The notes under the pieces were generated by a model, which saw only the letters and a list, made by a program, of their open reading frames with translations, had not been told where the DNA came from and did no database searches. A program made the position numbers and the translations under genes. Below, in pieces: positions 17,966-27,848 of a stretch of 50,517 bases of DNA. The stretch spans positions 1 through 50,517 of IMG/VR virus record IMGVR_UViG_3300044737_000122; one strand, written 5' to 3'. The first letter of the stretch is position 1; each line of letters opens with the position of its first letter. The stretch is from a virus. Lineage: Duplodnaviria; Caudoviricetes.

Positions 17966-19447
17966 CTAGGCCCACTCGCTCATGTTCCACACGCCGGTGG
18001 GGCTGCCCGAGGTGTACTTGAAGGGGGGCGTGTAGTTGGTCTTCGTAGGTGCATTGTCGAGCGTCACGCACAGGTCGCTGAAGCCCTCTATGGTGTAGAT
18101 CACGTCCGTGTCCGATACCTCGCCCTCGTCGCTCGCCAGCGACTCCAGGAACTCCTGCACGCCGGCAAGCCTCCCGCCGAAGCGCACCTCGTAGCCGTAC
18201 TCGGTCGAGCCGGTCCCGGCATCCTCTGTCAGCGATATGTTGACCTCCTGGACAAGGAACGTCGTCGCGCTCGCAATGCCATGGGTTGCCAGCGTCACTG
18301 TCAGCACCTGGCCGGGTTCAAAGACCGAGCCCGCGGTCAGGAGCGACGTGCGCGTCACGAAGACGCCGTTGACCAGCGGGTCCGCAAATTCCTCGAGCTC
18401 CCGCACGGCGCGCGTCCACGCCTCGTCCTTGGTGGTGATGCTCGTGTCCTTGATCGTGTACTCGTAGGTGCCGTCCCCGCCGTCGAGCGCGGCAAAGAAG
18501 GCGATCGACGGCGTGTCGGTCGCCTTTGTGATAATGGGGACGCGGCCGTAGTAGACGATGACGATGCTGTCGGGCGTGCCGCCGCCAACCGGCGTCGATT
18601 GGGAGCTGGTCAACCGGAACGACTGTCCCGTGAACGAATAGACGAATACGTCCGTGTCGCGCTCGTTAACGTCGAGCGAGAACTGCTTTGATACGCCGTT
18701 TATGGATATCGAGACGACCTCGGACGGCTTGAGCCCGAGCTCCCAGGAGCGCGTCGCCCCGTCGCCCGTAAAGGTCTCGGTGGTCGTGTTGGCGTCCTGC
18801 TCGCCATCGCCATTGCCGATCACGATGACGGAGTTGCGGACCTGTGCGGTGTCGTAGGAGATGTTGACTGCCTCATAGTTGCGCGAGCTCTCGGTGATCG
18901 CCTCCGGCGCCGCGGTCGCGGTAGTTGACGTAAAGAAGAGGTTCTTCTGGTAGTCGACGTACCAGACGTAGCCCGTGAGCTTCTGGAGCTTTTCAAAGCA
19001 CTTGCGCAGGGAGATGTGATCGAAGGTGATGGAGTCGATGGTCGGGCCGGTGGCCACGTTCGAGACGGTAAAGCCGTAGGCGGCGTCGAGGTACGTGCCG
19101 GCGAGGTCCGCCACGATGTCATGGAGCGTCTGGTTCGCGTACGCCCGGCGCGCGATCTTGTTGTTGAATATCCAGCTATAGTCCGAGGCCTCCACGTCGT
19201 AGACGAAGAGCTGGCCGGCGCCCACCTCGGTCGACTGGACGCGGGTGATGTAGCCGCCGAAGAGGAACCGGCTGCCGTCCTTGAAGACGATCTCCGCTCC
19301 CTCCTGCGGCGCGGCGCCGCCGGGCAGGGAGGTAAGCTGGAGGTTCATTACGCTCGATTTGTTCTGCACGAGCTCGCGTATGCGCGCCGAGTTCGTCTTG
19401 TAGCGCGGCAGATAGTTGGTCCCCGCTATGGTGAGGGTCTTTGACAT
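17966..19447 (-). CDS. tail tip/hub protein
   Basis: directly after the TMP; FLFGGYIT, WYVDYQKNLFF, VRNSVIVIG hub-like motifs. Confidence 0.7.
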   Translation of the reverse strand: MSKTLTIAGTNYLPRYKTNSARIRELVQNKSSVMNLQLTSLPGGAAPQEGAEIVFKDGSRFLFGGYITRVQSTEVGAGQLFVYDVEASDYSWIFNNKIARRAYANQTLHDIVADLAGTYLDAAYGFTVSNVATGPTIDSITFDHISLRKCFEKLQKLTGYVWYVDYQKNLFFTSTTATAAPEAITESSRNYEAVNISYDTAQVRNSVIVIGNGDGEQDANTTTETFTGDGATRSWELGLKPSEVVSISINGVSKQFSLDVNERDTDVFVYSFTGQSFRLTSSQSTPVGGGTPDSIVIVYYGRVPIITKATDTPSIAFFAALDGGDGTYEYTIKDTSITTKDEAWTRAVRELEEFADPLVNGVFVTRTSLLTAGSVFEPGQVLTVTLATHGIASATTFLVQEVNISLTEDAGTGSTEYGYEVRFGGRLAGVQEFLESLASDEGEVSDTDVIYTIEGFSDLCVTLDNAPTKTNYTPPFKYTSGSPTGVWNMSEWA

Positions 19448-19449
19448 GG

Positions 19450-20916
19450 TTAGACGGTGGCGAGCTTATGCCCGCGGCTCACATCGCGGAGCGCCTCCTC
19501 TATCTGCCGGCGCAGATAGTTGGCGTCCTCGCGGTTGCGTACGGTCGGGTTATTGATGACGACGGAGTAGGTGGTCTGGCCGCCCGCGCTCCGGCCCGCC
19601 GGCACGATGCGCTCCCCGCCGTGCGCCAGTATGGGCACCGCGGTTCCTATGGCGCCCGGCACGATGCCCCCATGCTCGAAGCGCGGGAGCTTGACCTCGG
19701 CGGCCAGCGGGATGTTGATGCCGAAGCTCTTGCCGCCTACGCCGGGTGCCCAGTCGGGTATCGAGAAATGTATCTTGTTAAGGGCGCCCAAAATGACGTT
19801 GACCGCCTTTACCCAGCTGTTCGCCCATGCCTCCGCGATCCCGATGAGGAAGTTCACCCCGGCTGCGAAGACGCCCTTGATGCCCTCCCAGATGGCCCCG
19901 AGCTTTTCCTTTACGAGCGCCCAGTTGTTCACCACCCACAGGATGCCGGCCACCATGCCGCCGATGATCGCGCCGCCTATGATGTAGGGCGCCAGCGCCA
20001 CGGCGAGGGCAAAGAAGGCCGGAATCACGGTAGTGAAGATCGTGACGGCCAACCCGATGAGCGCCGGCGTGAGCGCGCCCGCTATCGCCCCCGCGACTAT
20101 GTAAAGGACGGCCTGGTGCTGCTGTAGCCATCCCACAAGGTTGGCGGTGTTTTCCGACCACTCGATCACCTTCTCGATTACCGGGAGCATGGCCGCGATA
20201 AACTGGGTCAGGAGCGGCAAGAGCTTGGTGCCCACCGTTTCCAGCAGGTTCTGGAACGTGACGTGGAAGGCCGCCATCTGCCCTTGGAACGTCTGCGAGA
20301 AGCCTTGCGCCTGGCCGGCCACCTTCGTTTGCAGCTCGTCGAGCGCCTGCATGGGCGTCAGGGTGTCGCTGATCTCGATGCCGTAAAGCTTCAGGGCGCG
20401 CTGGTTGCCGGACATCACGAGGCTGATGAGCTTCTGCGACTCCGAGAGCTGTATGCCCTTTGCGCGCGCGAGGTCCATCGCAAGCGTGTTGAGCTTGATG
20501 GCCTGGCTGAGGTCGCCGGTGCGCTGGAAGAGGGACGCGATCGAGTTCGCTGCCTCCTCGTCGTCAAAGCCGAGTTTCACCGCGGCTGCCGCGGCGGCAA
20601 GTATGCCAGCGCGCGCGTCCGTTCCCTTCTTTCCCATCGTGGCGAGCGTCGCACCAAAGCGCGCCATCTCGACCTCGGCACTGGAGGCGGCCTTGACCGC
20701 CATCACCCCGAACGCGCCGATAGCCGTGGCGGCCCCGGCGATACCCACGGCGATCGCGGTGGAGGCGGTCTTGGCATTGTCGAAGTTCGTCGCCATCTTG
20801 CCGACCGACGTTCCGACGTTCTTAAAAACGGCCGTAGCCTCGTCGCGGGCCTTGATGACTATCGAGAGCTCCTGGTTGTCGCCGCCGAATGAGGTCATGC
20901 CCCCATTATCACCCAT
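19450..20916 (-). CDS. tape measure protein (short; alternative start at 20898)
   Basis: LSIVIKARDEAT N-terminus, Ala-rich amphipathic body, W-spaced repeats, LPRFEHGGIV...AHGGERIVP C-terminus. Confidence 0.88.
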   Translation of the reverse strand: MGDNGGMTSFGGDNQELSIVIKARDEATAVFKNVGTSVGKMATNFDNAKTASTAIAVGIAGAATAIGAFGVMAVKAASSAEVEMARFGATLATMGKKGTDARAGILAAAAAAVKLGFDDEEAANSIASLFQRTGDLSQAIKLNTLAMDLARAKGIQLSESQKLISLVMSGNQRALKLYGIEISDTLTPMQALDELQTKVAGQAQGFSQTFQGQMAAFHVTFQNLLETVGTKLLPLLTQFIAAMLPVIEKVIEWSENTANLVGWLQQHQAVLYIVAGAIAGALTPALIGLAVTIFTTVIPAFFALAVALAPYIIGGAIIGGMVAGILWVVNNWALVKEKLGAIWEGIKGVFAAGVNFLIGIAEAWANSWVKAVNVILGALNKIHFSIPDWAPGVGGKSFGINIPLAAEVKLPRFEHGGIVPGAIGTAVPILAHGGERIVPAGRSAGGQTTYSVVINNPTVRNREDANYLRRQIEEALRDVSRGHKLATV

Positions 20917-21114
20917 GTTTCGGCTGCCTGCCCGCCCGCTCCTCGTTGCGGTGGTCTATCTCCCACTTGCGCAGAAGCGCCTCGATCACCCAGGTGGGCT
21001 GCGCCAGGTAGGTGTCGTAATCCCAATGCATCCGCTCGCACACGGCGACAATGACCATCTCGTCGCGCACTTGACCGGATGCGTAGGCGGCTACCGCGCC
21101 CGCTATTTTTTTTT
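20909..21114 (-). CDS. tail assembly chaperone gpT part, reached by -1 frameshift
   Basis: A9 slippery run 21106-21114; the -1 frame reads IAGAVAAYASG...ERMHWDYDTYLAQPTWVIEALL...KHG* and ends at the TMP start. Confidence 0.75.
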
Positions 21115-21399
21115 AGGGTCGATGAGCCCGGTAACGAGCGCGCTCAGCTCGGTAAACTCCACGATGGGCAGGTTGAGTACGGCCTCGAGGATCTTGTCGG
21201 GGTCTTCGATGTCGTCAAACTTGGTGATGACGATCTTGAACGCGGAGTTGTTCGCAGTGATCTGCTGATCAAGATCGCTCTTGCCGTCTTCCTTGCGGCC
21301 TGCAATGGCCGCTATCTGCTGCGCCTCGCGGCCTGTAATGTAGTCGTACATCACGATGGCATGGGAGCCGACGGTTACGTTCTTGGTGGGACGTTCCAT
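21103..21399 (-). CDS. tail assembly chaperone gpG
   Basis: between the tube and TMP genes; ends DPKKK*. Confidence 0.8.
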   Translation of the reverse strand: MERPTKNVTVGSHAIVMYDYITGREAQQIAAIAGRKEDGKSDLDQQITANNSAFKIVITKFDDIEDPDKILEAVLNLPIVEFTELSALVTGLIDPKKK

Positions 21400-21401
21400 A
21401 C

Positions 21402-22406
21402 TTAGGCTTTGTCGTACACGTGGGTAGAGGCGTTGTTGACGTTGTTGATGACGACCGCGGTAAGCTCCACATCGGTCGCGTCGTATTCCACGGTAAATTC
21501 CTGATTAAGCACTAGGAGGCCGTCGAGATTGTGTTCGATGGGAGGGGCGGTGAGGACCAGGCGGCCCAGCTTGAAGGTGATCGTCTCCAGCGAAGACGCG
21601 CCGATGAGGGAGCCGGTAAAGCTCACGATGAGCGCGTTCTTGGTGTTGGCGCGGTACTTGGCGAGCTCGGTCGTGTCGGAGAAGTGCAGCGAGTAGCTCC
21701 CGGTGATCTCTAAGCGTCCGTTTACGAGATTGCCCGCGGTTATCGTGTTGGCGCCCGAGAGGAATGCCTCGTCGAGCAGCACGTTGTTCTTGAGGTTGAG
21801 CTTGAACGACTTGAGCGGCGTAGCGCTGGCGCTGGCTGCGTTGGACACCGAGGTCCCGAACTTCGCCTTGTACTGGTGGTAGGCGAACTGGGTCTCCTGC
21901 GTGTAGCTCTCCGAGAGGGTATCGGTGCCCGGGAACTGGCCGATGAGGTCGAGCGTGCATTTTGCATAATCATCGCTCACCTCGAAGTTAAGCGCGTTGC
22001 ATACCGTGTTGAGGTAGGTCGCCGTCTCGATCGCGCCGGCCTTCGTGGTCAGCGTCGCGGTGCGCGGCGTCGAGTTGGTGTTATTGATGGTGAAGGTGTG
22101 GGTGTAGGCGCTGTCCGATATCGTCGAGGACGACACGCTGCCCATGGCGAGCGCGAGCGCGTACGGCATCGTCTTTACGTCGGGTACGAAGCCGATCGAC
22201 CCCTGCGCGTACTTGCGCTTTATCATCGAGTTGGAGGAAATGTTGCGGATGCCGCGCGCCGCATTGAACATCGACTTTTCCGCGATGCCCTGCATCGAGT
22301 AGTCAGTCCAGGGGAAGTAGACCGTCTCCGCGACGGACACGCCGGGCGCCGCGGCGCTCTCGATGCCCAGCCCGACCGCAACCTGCGTACCTGAAGTTTT
22401 CGCCAT
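21402..22406 (-). CDS. major tail (tube) protein
   Basis: VGLGIES..PG, AYTHTFT, LEITGSYSL motifs; Ser/Thr-rich; position. Confidence 0.8.
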   Translation of the reverse strand: MAKTSGTQVAVGLGIESAAAPGVSVAETVYFPWTDYSMQGIAEKSMFNAARGIRNISSNSMIKRKYAQGSIGFVPDVKTMPYALALAMGSVSSSTISDSAYTHTFTINNTNSTPRTATLTTKAGAIETATYLNTVCNALNFEVSDDYAKCTLDLIGQFPGTDTLSESYTQETQFAYHQYKAKFGTSVSNAASASATPLKSFKLNLKNNVLLDEAFLSGANTITAGNLVNGRLEITGSYSLHFSDTTELAKYRANTKNALIVSFTGSLIGASSLETITFKLGRLVLTAPPIEHNLDGLLVLNQEFTVEYDATDVELTAVVINNVNNASTHVYDKA

Positions 22407-22412
22407 ATAAAA

Positions 22413-22589
22413 TTAGTTAGTAGGTAACTGCCTGCCTCCTTTCCTCTCCGGCACCATCGAAATCTCCGGCTCCTGCAATATGCGCGCCTGTGCCTCCGTG
22501 TCTTCGGGCAGCTCGCGCGCCTCGCCGGCACTGATCCCCCAGTTGAGACTGGGGAAGCTGATTGACTTGGAAGATATCACCTGGGCCAT
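22413..22589 (-). CDS. 58-aa hypothetical protein (MAQVISSKSISFPSLNWGISAGEARELP...)
   Basis: read manually; fills the operon gap. Confidence 0.6.
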   Translation of the reverse strand: MAQVISSKSISFPSLNWGISAGEARELPEDTEAQARILQEPEISMVPERKGGRQLPTN

Positions 22590-22600
22590 ATGCGCTTATT

Positions 22601-23101
22601 CTACCGCACTTGCGAGAACGTGCAGACAAAGTCCACCCGCGCCTCGATCGTCCACTCCTCTGGCGTTCGCCCTTTAAGCGTGGTCCCGTAGTCGACGCGC
22701 GTGACGCTGCCCAAGTCGGTGCGCAGGTTCTTGGCCTCGTCCAGGACGATATTAGAGCGCAGAATGCCCAGAATTGACTCGTCCTTGAGTGTGTAGTCGG
22801 CATTGCGGCCCTCCACGATGTCGTACAGGGTGGAGACCCCCGCGACGGCCTTGGCGATGTTCTCCTCTGTGGATAAGTCCTTGCGCACATCGGTGATTAT
22901 TGTGATCGACATGCCTATCGCGTGCTGGTCCTCAGCGTTGGTCATCGCGCTCGCGCGCGTGTCCCGCTTGGAGATTATCGCGCACGGCAGGCTGCTGCCC
23001 GGCACGCGCAAGGGCTCGCCCTGGTAGTACGTCTGGATCGCCGATGTGTTCGCCTTCAGCAGGTCGATGTATTTCTGGATGACCGGGTCGATGTATTTCA
23101 T
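22601..23101 (-). CDS. putative tail terminator
   Basis: position and size; LPCAII motif. Confidence 0.6.
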   Translation of the reverse strand: MKYIDPVIQKYIDLLKANTSAIQTYYQGEPLRVPGSSLPCAIISKRDTRASAMTNAEDQHAIGMSITIITDVRKDLSTEENIAKAVAGVSTLYDIVEGRNADYTLKDESILGILRSNIVLDEAKNLRTDLGSVTRVDYGTTLKGRTPEEWTIEARVDFVCTFSQVR

Positions 23102-23104
23102 ATG

Positions 23105-23566
23105 CTAGCGGCGCATGGCCTCGCGGACAAATTCTTGGAAGTAGCGAACGATCGTCACTCTCTGGTTCTGCCCGAGAGCCATCATCACGCGACGCGGCAG
23201 GCGGAAGCTGCGCGCGCGGTTGCTCTGATGATATTTGAAGTACTCAGCCGTGTTGTACACGACCGCCTGGTCGCTCTGAACGATCGAGGCAAAGCTGTTC
23301 TGCATCCGGCCGGTGCGTATAAGCGGCCCCCCGAAAAAGCCGCGGCGCGCCTTCTCGGCGACGGTAGCCGGCGAGAGGCGTTTCCATCTCTCCCCAATCG
23401 CCGCGCCTTGGGTGGCGAACACGTCCTTGGAAAAGGTTTTCTTGAGGTAGTAGACCGAGTTCTCGAACGGCTGCCGGTAATCCTTCAAAGACGTGCCCAT
23501 ACCGATGAGCACGCGAGAGAGCTCCTTCTCGCCCTCGATGGTCCATTGCAGGTGAAAGTTCGCCAT
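23105..23566 (-). CDS. phage virion morphogenesis / tail completion protein (Mu gpG-like)
   Basis: WKRLSPAT...PLIRTGRMQNS...YFKYHQ...LPRR. Confidence 0.8.
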   Translation of the reverse strand: MANFHLQWTIEGEKELSRVLIGMGTSLKDYRQPFENSVYYLKKTFSKDVFATQGAAIGERWKRLSPATVAEKARRGFFGGPLIRTGRMQNSFASIVQSDQAVVYNTAEYFKYHQSNRARSFRLPRRVMMALGQNQRVTIVRYFQEFVREAMRR

Positions 23567-23571
23567 ACATA

Positions 23572-24474
23572 TTAAAATCTGTCATCCATCGCGAAATTGG
23601 CCGCGTCAGTGTCCTCGTCGTTGGGATAACCGGCGAGCACGTCGGTGCCGGTCTGCCGGCCGAGTTCCGTCCCATCGACGCCGATGAGGAGCTGCTTACC
23701 GTTTTGGATAGCCTTGAGGATCGCGCGGGCCTCGCCCAGCCACTTGCCGCCCTGGCCATCGGCGCCAAACTCCTCGTAGTCGATGTATCCTGCTGCCAAA
23801 AGCTCGCAGAGATGGGAGACGAGGGGAGGGACCTCACTAAGGGGCAAGGTATACCGTGAGAGGAGGGCGCTGTTGATCTCGTTTTCAGCCTGTTTGCGCT
23901 TCATCTCCATCCGAAAATCGGAGTAGAGCGAGTTGCCTGCAAGTCCGGCATGCTTGCGGATCGCCCAGAGCGAGGCGTATCGCGTCGTTTCGTCCGCCAG
24001 CGCCGCCTCCGAGTCTCCTATCGCGGTCTCCTCTGATGTCTCGGAGTTGTAGTACGTGGCCTTGAAGTACGTCGCCGTGTTGCCTGAATATTCGAATACC
24101 GTTCCCTGTGGATCGTCGACCTGGATGTCTTTCGGGCTTCCGTCGCCAGTCAACTCCACATACACGCCGCCTGCGCTGGTCGAGCCGTAGAACTTGCGCT
24201 GATTGAAGCGATACAGCGTTACGGGCTCGTCCTTCTGGTGATTGAACTTGAGCGTGCCGACGCTGATCTCCTGCGGGTCCGATACGGCATCATCGATCTG
24301 CTGGAGCTCCGCCAATTCGCTGCCTTCGCGGCCGATAACGACAAAGTCGGCCTCGGCGAAGCCGTCGCTGTTCTCGACTGAAAGCGCGACGCTCGAGCCT
24401 GCCGCGGCATCCGCCGAAAGGCGCGTCGTCTGCGTCTTTATAAACGGCTCGGTGACGGCAAGGAGTGTTCGCAT
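23572..24474 (-). CDS. head-tail adaptor (Mu gp36/DUF1320-like C-terminus) with extra N-terminal domain
   Basis: AENEINSALLSRYTLPLSEVPPLV..LC..LAA...AIQNGK motif. Confidence 0.7.
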   Translation of the reverse strand: MRTLLAVTEPFIKTQTTRLSADAAAGSSVALSVENSDGFAEADFVVIGREGSELAELQQIDDAVSDPQEISVGTLKFNHQKDEPVTLYRFNQRKFYGSTSAGGVYVELTGDGSPKDIQVDDPQGTVFEYSGNTATYFKATYYNSETSEETAIGDSEAALADETTRYASLWAIRKHAGLAGNSLYSDFRMEMKRKQAENEINSALLSRYTLPLSEVPPLVSHLCELLAAGYIDYEEFGADGQGGKWLGEARAILKAIQNGKQLLIGVDGTELGRQTGTDVLAGYPNDEDTDAANFAMDDRF

Positions 24475-24476
24475 AG

Positions 24477-25919
24477 TTAGAGGATTGTTTTAGTCTGCTC
24501 CGTCGTGAGTTTCGCGGGCTGATCCTGCTCCTTTGATTTTAGCACGGTCGCATCCGGACGCGCGCTAAGGACTGTGGACGCCGACTTCTGCACAATCGCC
24601 GCGGCGCCCTGAGCGACGGAAAGCAGGATGGTGACGCCCTTATGCACCGCGGTCTTGGCATGCGTTAGCAGGCTGTCGGCCAGCGTAATCGTCTCGTCGA
24701 GGACCTTGATGAACTGGCGGGAGAACTGGTCGGAAAGCCTCAAAACTTCGTCCAGGACGAGGGCGGCGGCCCGGGTAAGGGTATCCGCCATGCTGAGCGT
24801 TTCCGTCAGCGTGCGGCCGGCCTGGCGCGTCAGGGCGTCGGTATGAGTCAGCGTCTCGGAAAGGGCCCGGGCGGCCTGCCGGATGAGGGTATCGGCGAGG
24901 GTAAGGACCTCTGAAAAGGCGCGGGCACTCTGGCGCACCATACTGTCTGTGAAGGTCAAGGTGTCGGACAGAATCTTGCCCGGCCCCCGCGTCAGCGTAT
25001 CCGAAAGGGTGACGGCCTCGCTCAGTATCCTGGCCGCCTGATACAGGAGGGTATCGGCATAGGCGATCGTCTCGTTGAGCACCTTCGTGAGAGCGCGATC
25101 GAGCGTATCCGTGTGCGTGATGATCTCGGACAAGAGCTTGCCGGCGCCACGGACGAGCGTGTCGCTGAGATTCACGGTGTCGGAAAGCACCTTGCCCGCC
25201 TGCTTGAGGAGCGTATCGCTAAACGTCACAATCTCCGTGTAGGCCCGCGTAATCTGGCGGATGCAGGTGTCGGCGAGCGTGACCGTTTCCGCAAAGACGG
25301 CGCTGATGGCGCGCTCAATTGTGTCGCTGAGGGTCAGCACTTCCTCGAGCATCTTCTGAAAGAAGGACGAGATCGTGACGCTGTCAGTAAAAGTTACCGT
25401 CTCGACAAGGGCCGTGGCGAGAGAGCGCAGGAGCGTGTCCGTGTAGGTGATGGTCTCCAGGCAGAGCTTTCCTATGTCGCGCAGGAGCGCGTCGGTCAGC
25501 GTTATCGTCTCGGAAAGGACCTTGCCGCCCTGATTGGAGAGAGTATCGGTCCAGGTGACCGTATCGCTGAAGATCCTCGCAACCTGCGCAAGGCGCGTAT
25601 CACTAAGGATCACCGTCTCGCTGAGCGCGCGCGCAACGTCGCGGATGACCGTATCGGTATGCGTGATGATCTCCGAGCATTCGCGGCCCATGTCGCGGAG
25701 AAAAGCCTCGGAGAGTGTCACGGTCTCGGAAAGCAGCTTGCCGGCGCCGCGGATCAAAGTATCGGTATGGGTGATGGTGTCGCTGAAAATGCGCGCACTT
25801 TGCCGCAACATCGTATCGCTGAGAGTGATCGTGTCACTCAGGATTTGAGAATAGGCATAGGTCCCCCGGACGGGCCGGATGAGCGGCTTAAAATGTTGCG
25901 CTCTTCCAAGTCGGGCCAT
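24477..25919 (-). CDS. fibre-like protein with ~22 tandem 18-aa repeats
   Basis: consensus LS(E/D)T(I/V)TL(S/T)DTLxRxxx(K/R)x. Confidence 0.8.
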   Translation of the reverse strand: MARLGRAQHFKPLIRPVRGTYAYSQILSDTITLSDTMLRQSARIFSDTITHTDTLIRGAGKLLSETVTLSEAFLRDMGRECSEIITHTDTVIRDVARALSETVILSDTRLAQVARIFSDTVTWTDTLSNQGGKVLSETITLTDALLRDIGKLCLETITYTDTLLRSLATALVETVTFTDSVTISSFFQKMLEEVLTLSDTIERAISAVFAETVTLADTCIRQITRAYTEIVTFSDTLLKQAGKVLSDTVNLSDTLVRGAGKLLSEIITHTDTLDRALTKVLNETIAYADTLLYQAARILSEAVTLSDTLTRGPGKILSDTLTFTDSMVRQSARAFSEVLTLADTLIRQAARALSETLTHTDALTRQAGRTLTETLSMADTLTRAAALVLDEVLRLSDQFSRQFIKVLDETITLADSLLTHAKTAVHKGVTILLSVAQGAAAIVQKSASTVLSARPDATVLKSKEQDQPAKLTTEQTKTIL

Positions 25920-25934
25920 GGCTTCATTGTACGC

Positions 25935-26684
25935 CTAGTAAGAGCTTGCACGGTGTACCGCCTGCGGCACTCGATAGTATCTCGGGCTGAGCGACGACAC
26001 GGTGTAGGTGATCTGAACGCGGCCGGCCGCGCCATCACCTCCCTTCGTGAAAGGGGTTGCTCTGGTGCCTCCGCCTCCGCCGCCCGAACCGGGCGCGATA
26101 CCATTCGAGCCGTCTATGCTCGGATTGCCGCCAGCGCCTCCGACAGCGCCGTTCGTGGTCCCGGCCGTACCGCCAGCGCCACCCGTGGTGAGAGTGGGCG
26201 TGCCACCCGTTCCGCCGTCGGTCGTGTCACCGCCGCTACCGCCTCCGCCGCCGCCTTCCGCTCCTCCTGTCGTACCAGGCGTGCCGCCCGTTCCCCCGCT
26301 GCGCTTTACATCCCCGACGCCCGAGGCGGCTAAGCCACCAGCGCCTCCCGCCGGTCCCGAGGCAGCACCTGCATCGCCTCCGCTACCTGCCTTGGCGAGC
26401 GCAGTCGCGGCATCGATGAAATTTGAATCACCGCCGCCTCCTCCAGCGGAGGCCGCCGATGAATTTCCTCCCGCGCCAACGGTGTAAGAGTAGCTGTTGC
26501 CAGGAACGACAACGATTGTCTTCTTTGAATAACCGCCACCTCCGCCTCCGGCGCCCGCGCGCGTAGAACTGCTAGAGCCACCTCCACCTCCGCCTCCTCC
26601 CCAAAGCTCCACTACAACCGAAGTGACCCCCGCCGGAGCGATCCAGCTAGAGGTCCCCGGTGTGTTGAAGGTGTCGACGGCCAT
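25935..26684 (-). CDS. glycine-rich virion protein
   Basis: WIAPAGVTSVVVELWGGGGGGG...GAAGRVQITY glycine-rich domain. Confidence 0.8.
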   Translation of the reverse strand: MAVDTFNTPGTSSWIAPAGVTSVVVELWGGGGGGGGSSSSTRAGAGGGGGGYSKKTIVVVPGNSYSYTVGAGGNSSAASAGGGGGDSNFIDAATALAKAGSGGDAGAASGPAGGAGGLAASGVGDVKRSGGTGGTPGTTGGAEGGGGGGSGGDTTDGGTGGTPTLTTGGAGGTAGTTNGAVGGAGGNPSIDGSNGIAPGSGGGGGGTRATPFTKGGDGAAGRVQITYTVSSLSPRYYRVPQAVHRASSY

Positions 26685-26691
26685 ACATGCG

Positions 26692-27201
26692 TTAGACCTC
26701 CACGATCATGTAGCAGTAAGCGTTTACGGCGGCGCCCGCGGTCACGCGTATTCTCGCGAACTTGCTAACCTGGATGACAGGCTCGCAGCCGAGCGGGAAT
26801 TGCTTCACGTATTGGTTGGTAGGCGCGATGAGCTGCGCATCGAACATGCGCACAGCCGTTATGGAGCCTTCGCTAGAAGAGGTGTAGCCGGTCGAGGTCG
26901 TGCCTACCGGGATGAGGTTCGTTGTAGGATCACCGCCCGCGAGCGCCGCGGCATCTAGCTTGGTGATGTCGTTCGCTACAGATGCGGTCACGGTGGCGGC
27001 AACGTCAGTCTCTAGGAGCTCGCATTTAATCGGCGTCGCGGCTGCTGCACCGTCGAAGCTGATCCCCCATTCCTTGATCCTGATCGTGTTAGTCGCGCTC
27101 GCCTTTATCTGGAGAAGGGTCTTGATCGACGTGCCGGTCGTTACCACGGCCTGCGCGGCCGTGGTCGGCATCGGCCCGTTTGCGATAAGGTACTGGGCCA
27201 T
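26692..27201 (-). CDS. structural hypothetical protein
   Basis: co-oriented in the late operon; beta-rich. Confidence 0.7.
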   Translation of the reverse strand: MAQYLIANGPMPTTAAQAVVTTGTSIKTLLQIKASATNTIRIKEWGISFDGAAAATPIKCELLETDVAATVTASVANDITKLDAAALAGGDPTTNLIPVGTTSTGYTSSSEGSITAVRMFDAQLIAPTNQYVKQFPLGCEPVIQVSKFARIRVTAGAAVNAYCYMIVEV

Positions 27202-27207
27202 AGGTCA

Positions 27208-27837
27208 TTAGGCGGCCTTAATCTTCCAAGTGAGCTGAAGGGTATCGCCCGATATCACGTTGATGGCGGAGAACACCTGGCGCGCGATCATCGTGCCGTT
27301 GGTGTCGGCGTTGAAGACGCCCGACTCGGTCACGGCGATGGTGCCGGTGAACGTGATGGTGCCGACAAGCTGCGCCGTGTCGTTGGTGACGGTCGTGGTG
27401 ACGCGCGAGGCCGTGACTGAGGCGGTTGCGAGCGCATGCACGCCCGAGTCGGCCGAGCCGTCGGCGGCCTTGCCCGTCTGAAGGGCTGTGTCCGACACGC
27501 TTGCGGCGGTCGTTCCGGTGCCGATACCGATCGAGGTGAAGGCCGCCGCAGCGCCCGATCCGTTAATGCGGGAGGCGGCGCCGGCGCGGCCCGCGTCGGT
27601 GATGAGATTGCGGCCGTCCTTGGCGGCGGTCCAATAGCCGAGCAAGGGCGCGATGAGGCCGGCGTAGGGGCTGTTGATCCAGCGGGGCGAGAGCCATCCC
27701 GCCTTCATCAGCCGGACGCACAGGGCATTCTCCTGGAAGATGGGCTTAACGCGGCCGTTCGCGTCGCAGTGGACGATCTCGACGTTGGCGTCGAGCGGTA
27801 TCGAGCCCGCGAACTGCATCTTTGTTTTGGGAATCAT
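27208..27837 (-). CDS. structural protein (fibre/collar-like)
   Basis: NLITDAGRAG...IGIGTGTTAA..DTAL...AVTESGVFN. Confidence 0.7.
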   Translation of the reverse strand: MIPKTKMQFAGSIPLDANVEIVHCDANGRVKPIFQENALCVRLMKAGWLSPRWINSPYAGLIAPLLGYWTAAKDGRNLITDAGRAGAASRINGSGAAAAFTSIGIGTGTTAASVSDTALQTGKAADGSADSGVHALATASVTASRVTTTVTNDTAQLVGTITFTGTIAVTESGVFNADTNGTMIARQVFSAINVISGDTLQLTWKIKAA

Positions 27838-27848
27838 ATGTTGCGGAG

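Noticed and set aside
21402-22406. Contractile (myovirus) tail despite Mu-like head genes
   Set aside because: No sheath or baseplate J/wedge genes; tube-chaperone-TMP-hub order is siphovirus-like.
16766-27837. Diversity-generating retroelement or invertible tail-fibre cassette
   Set aside because: No reverse transcriptase, no TR/VR pair and no inverted fibre segments seen; the resolvase is far from the tail genes.
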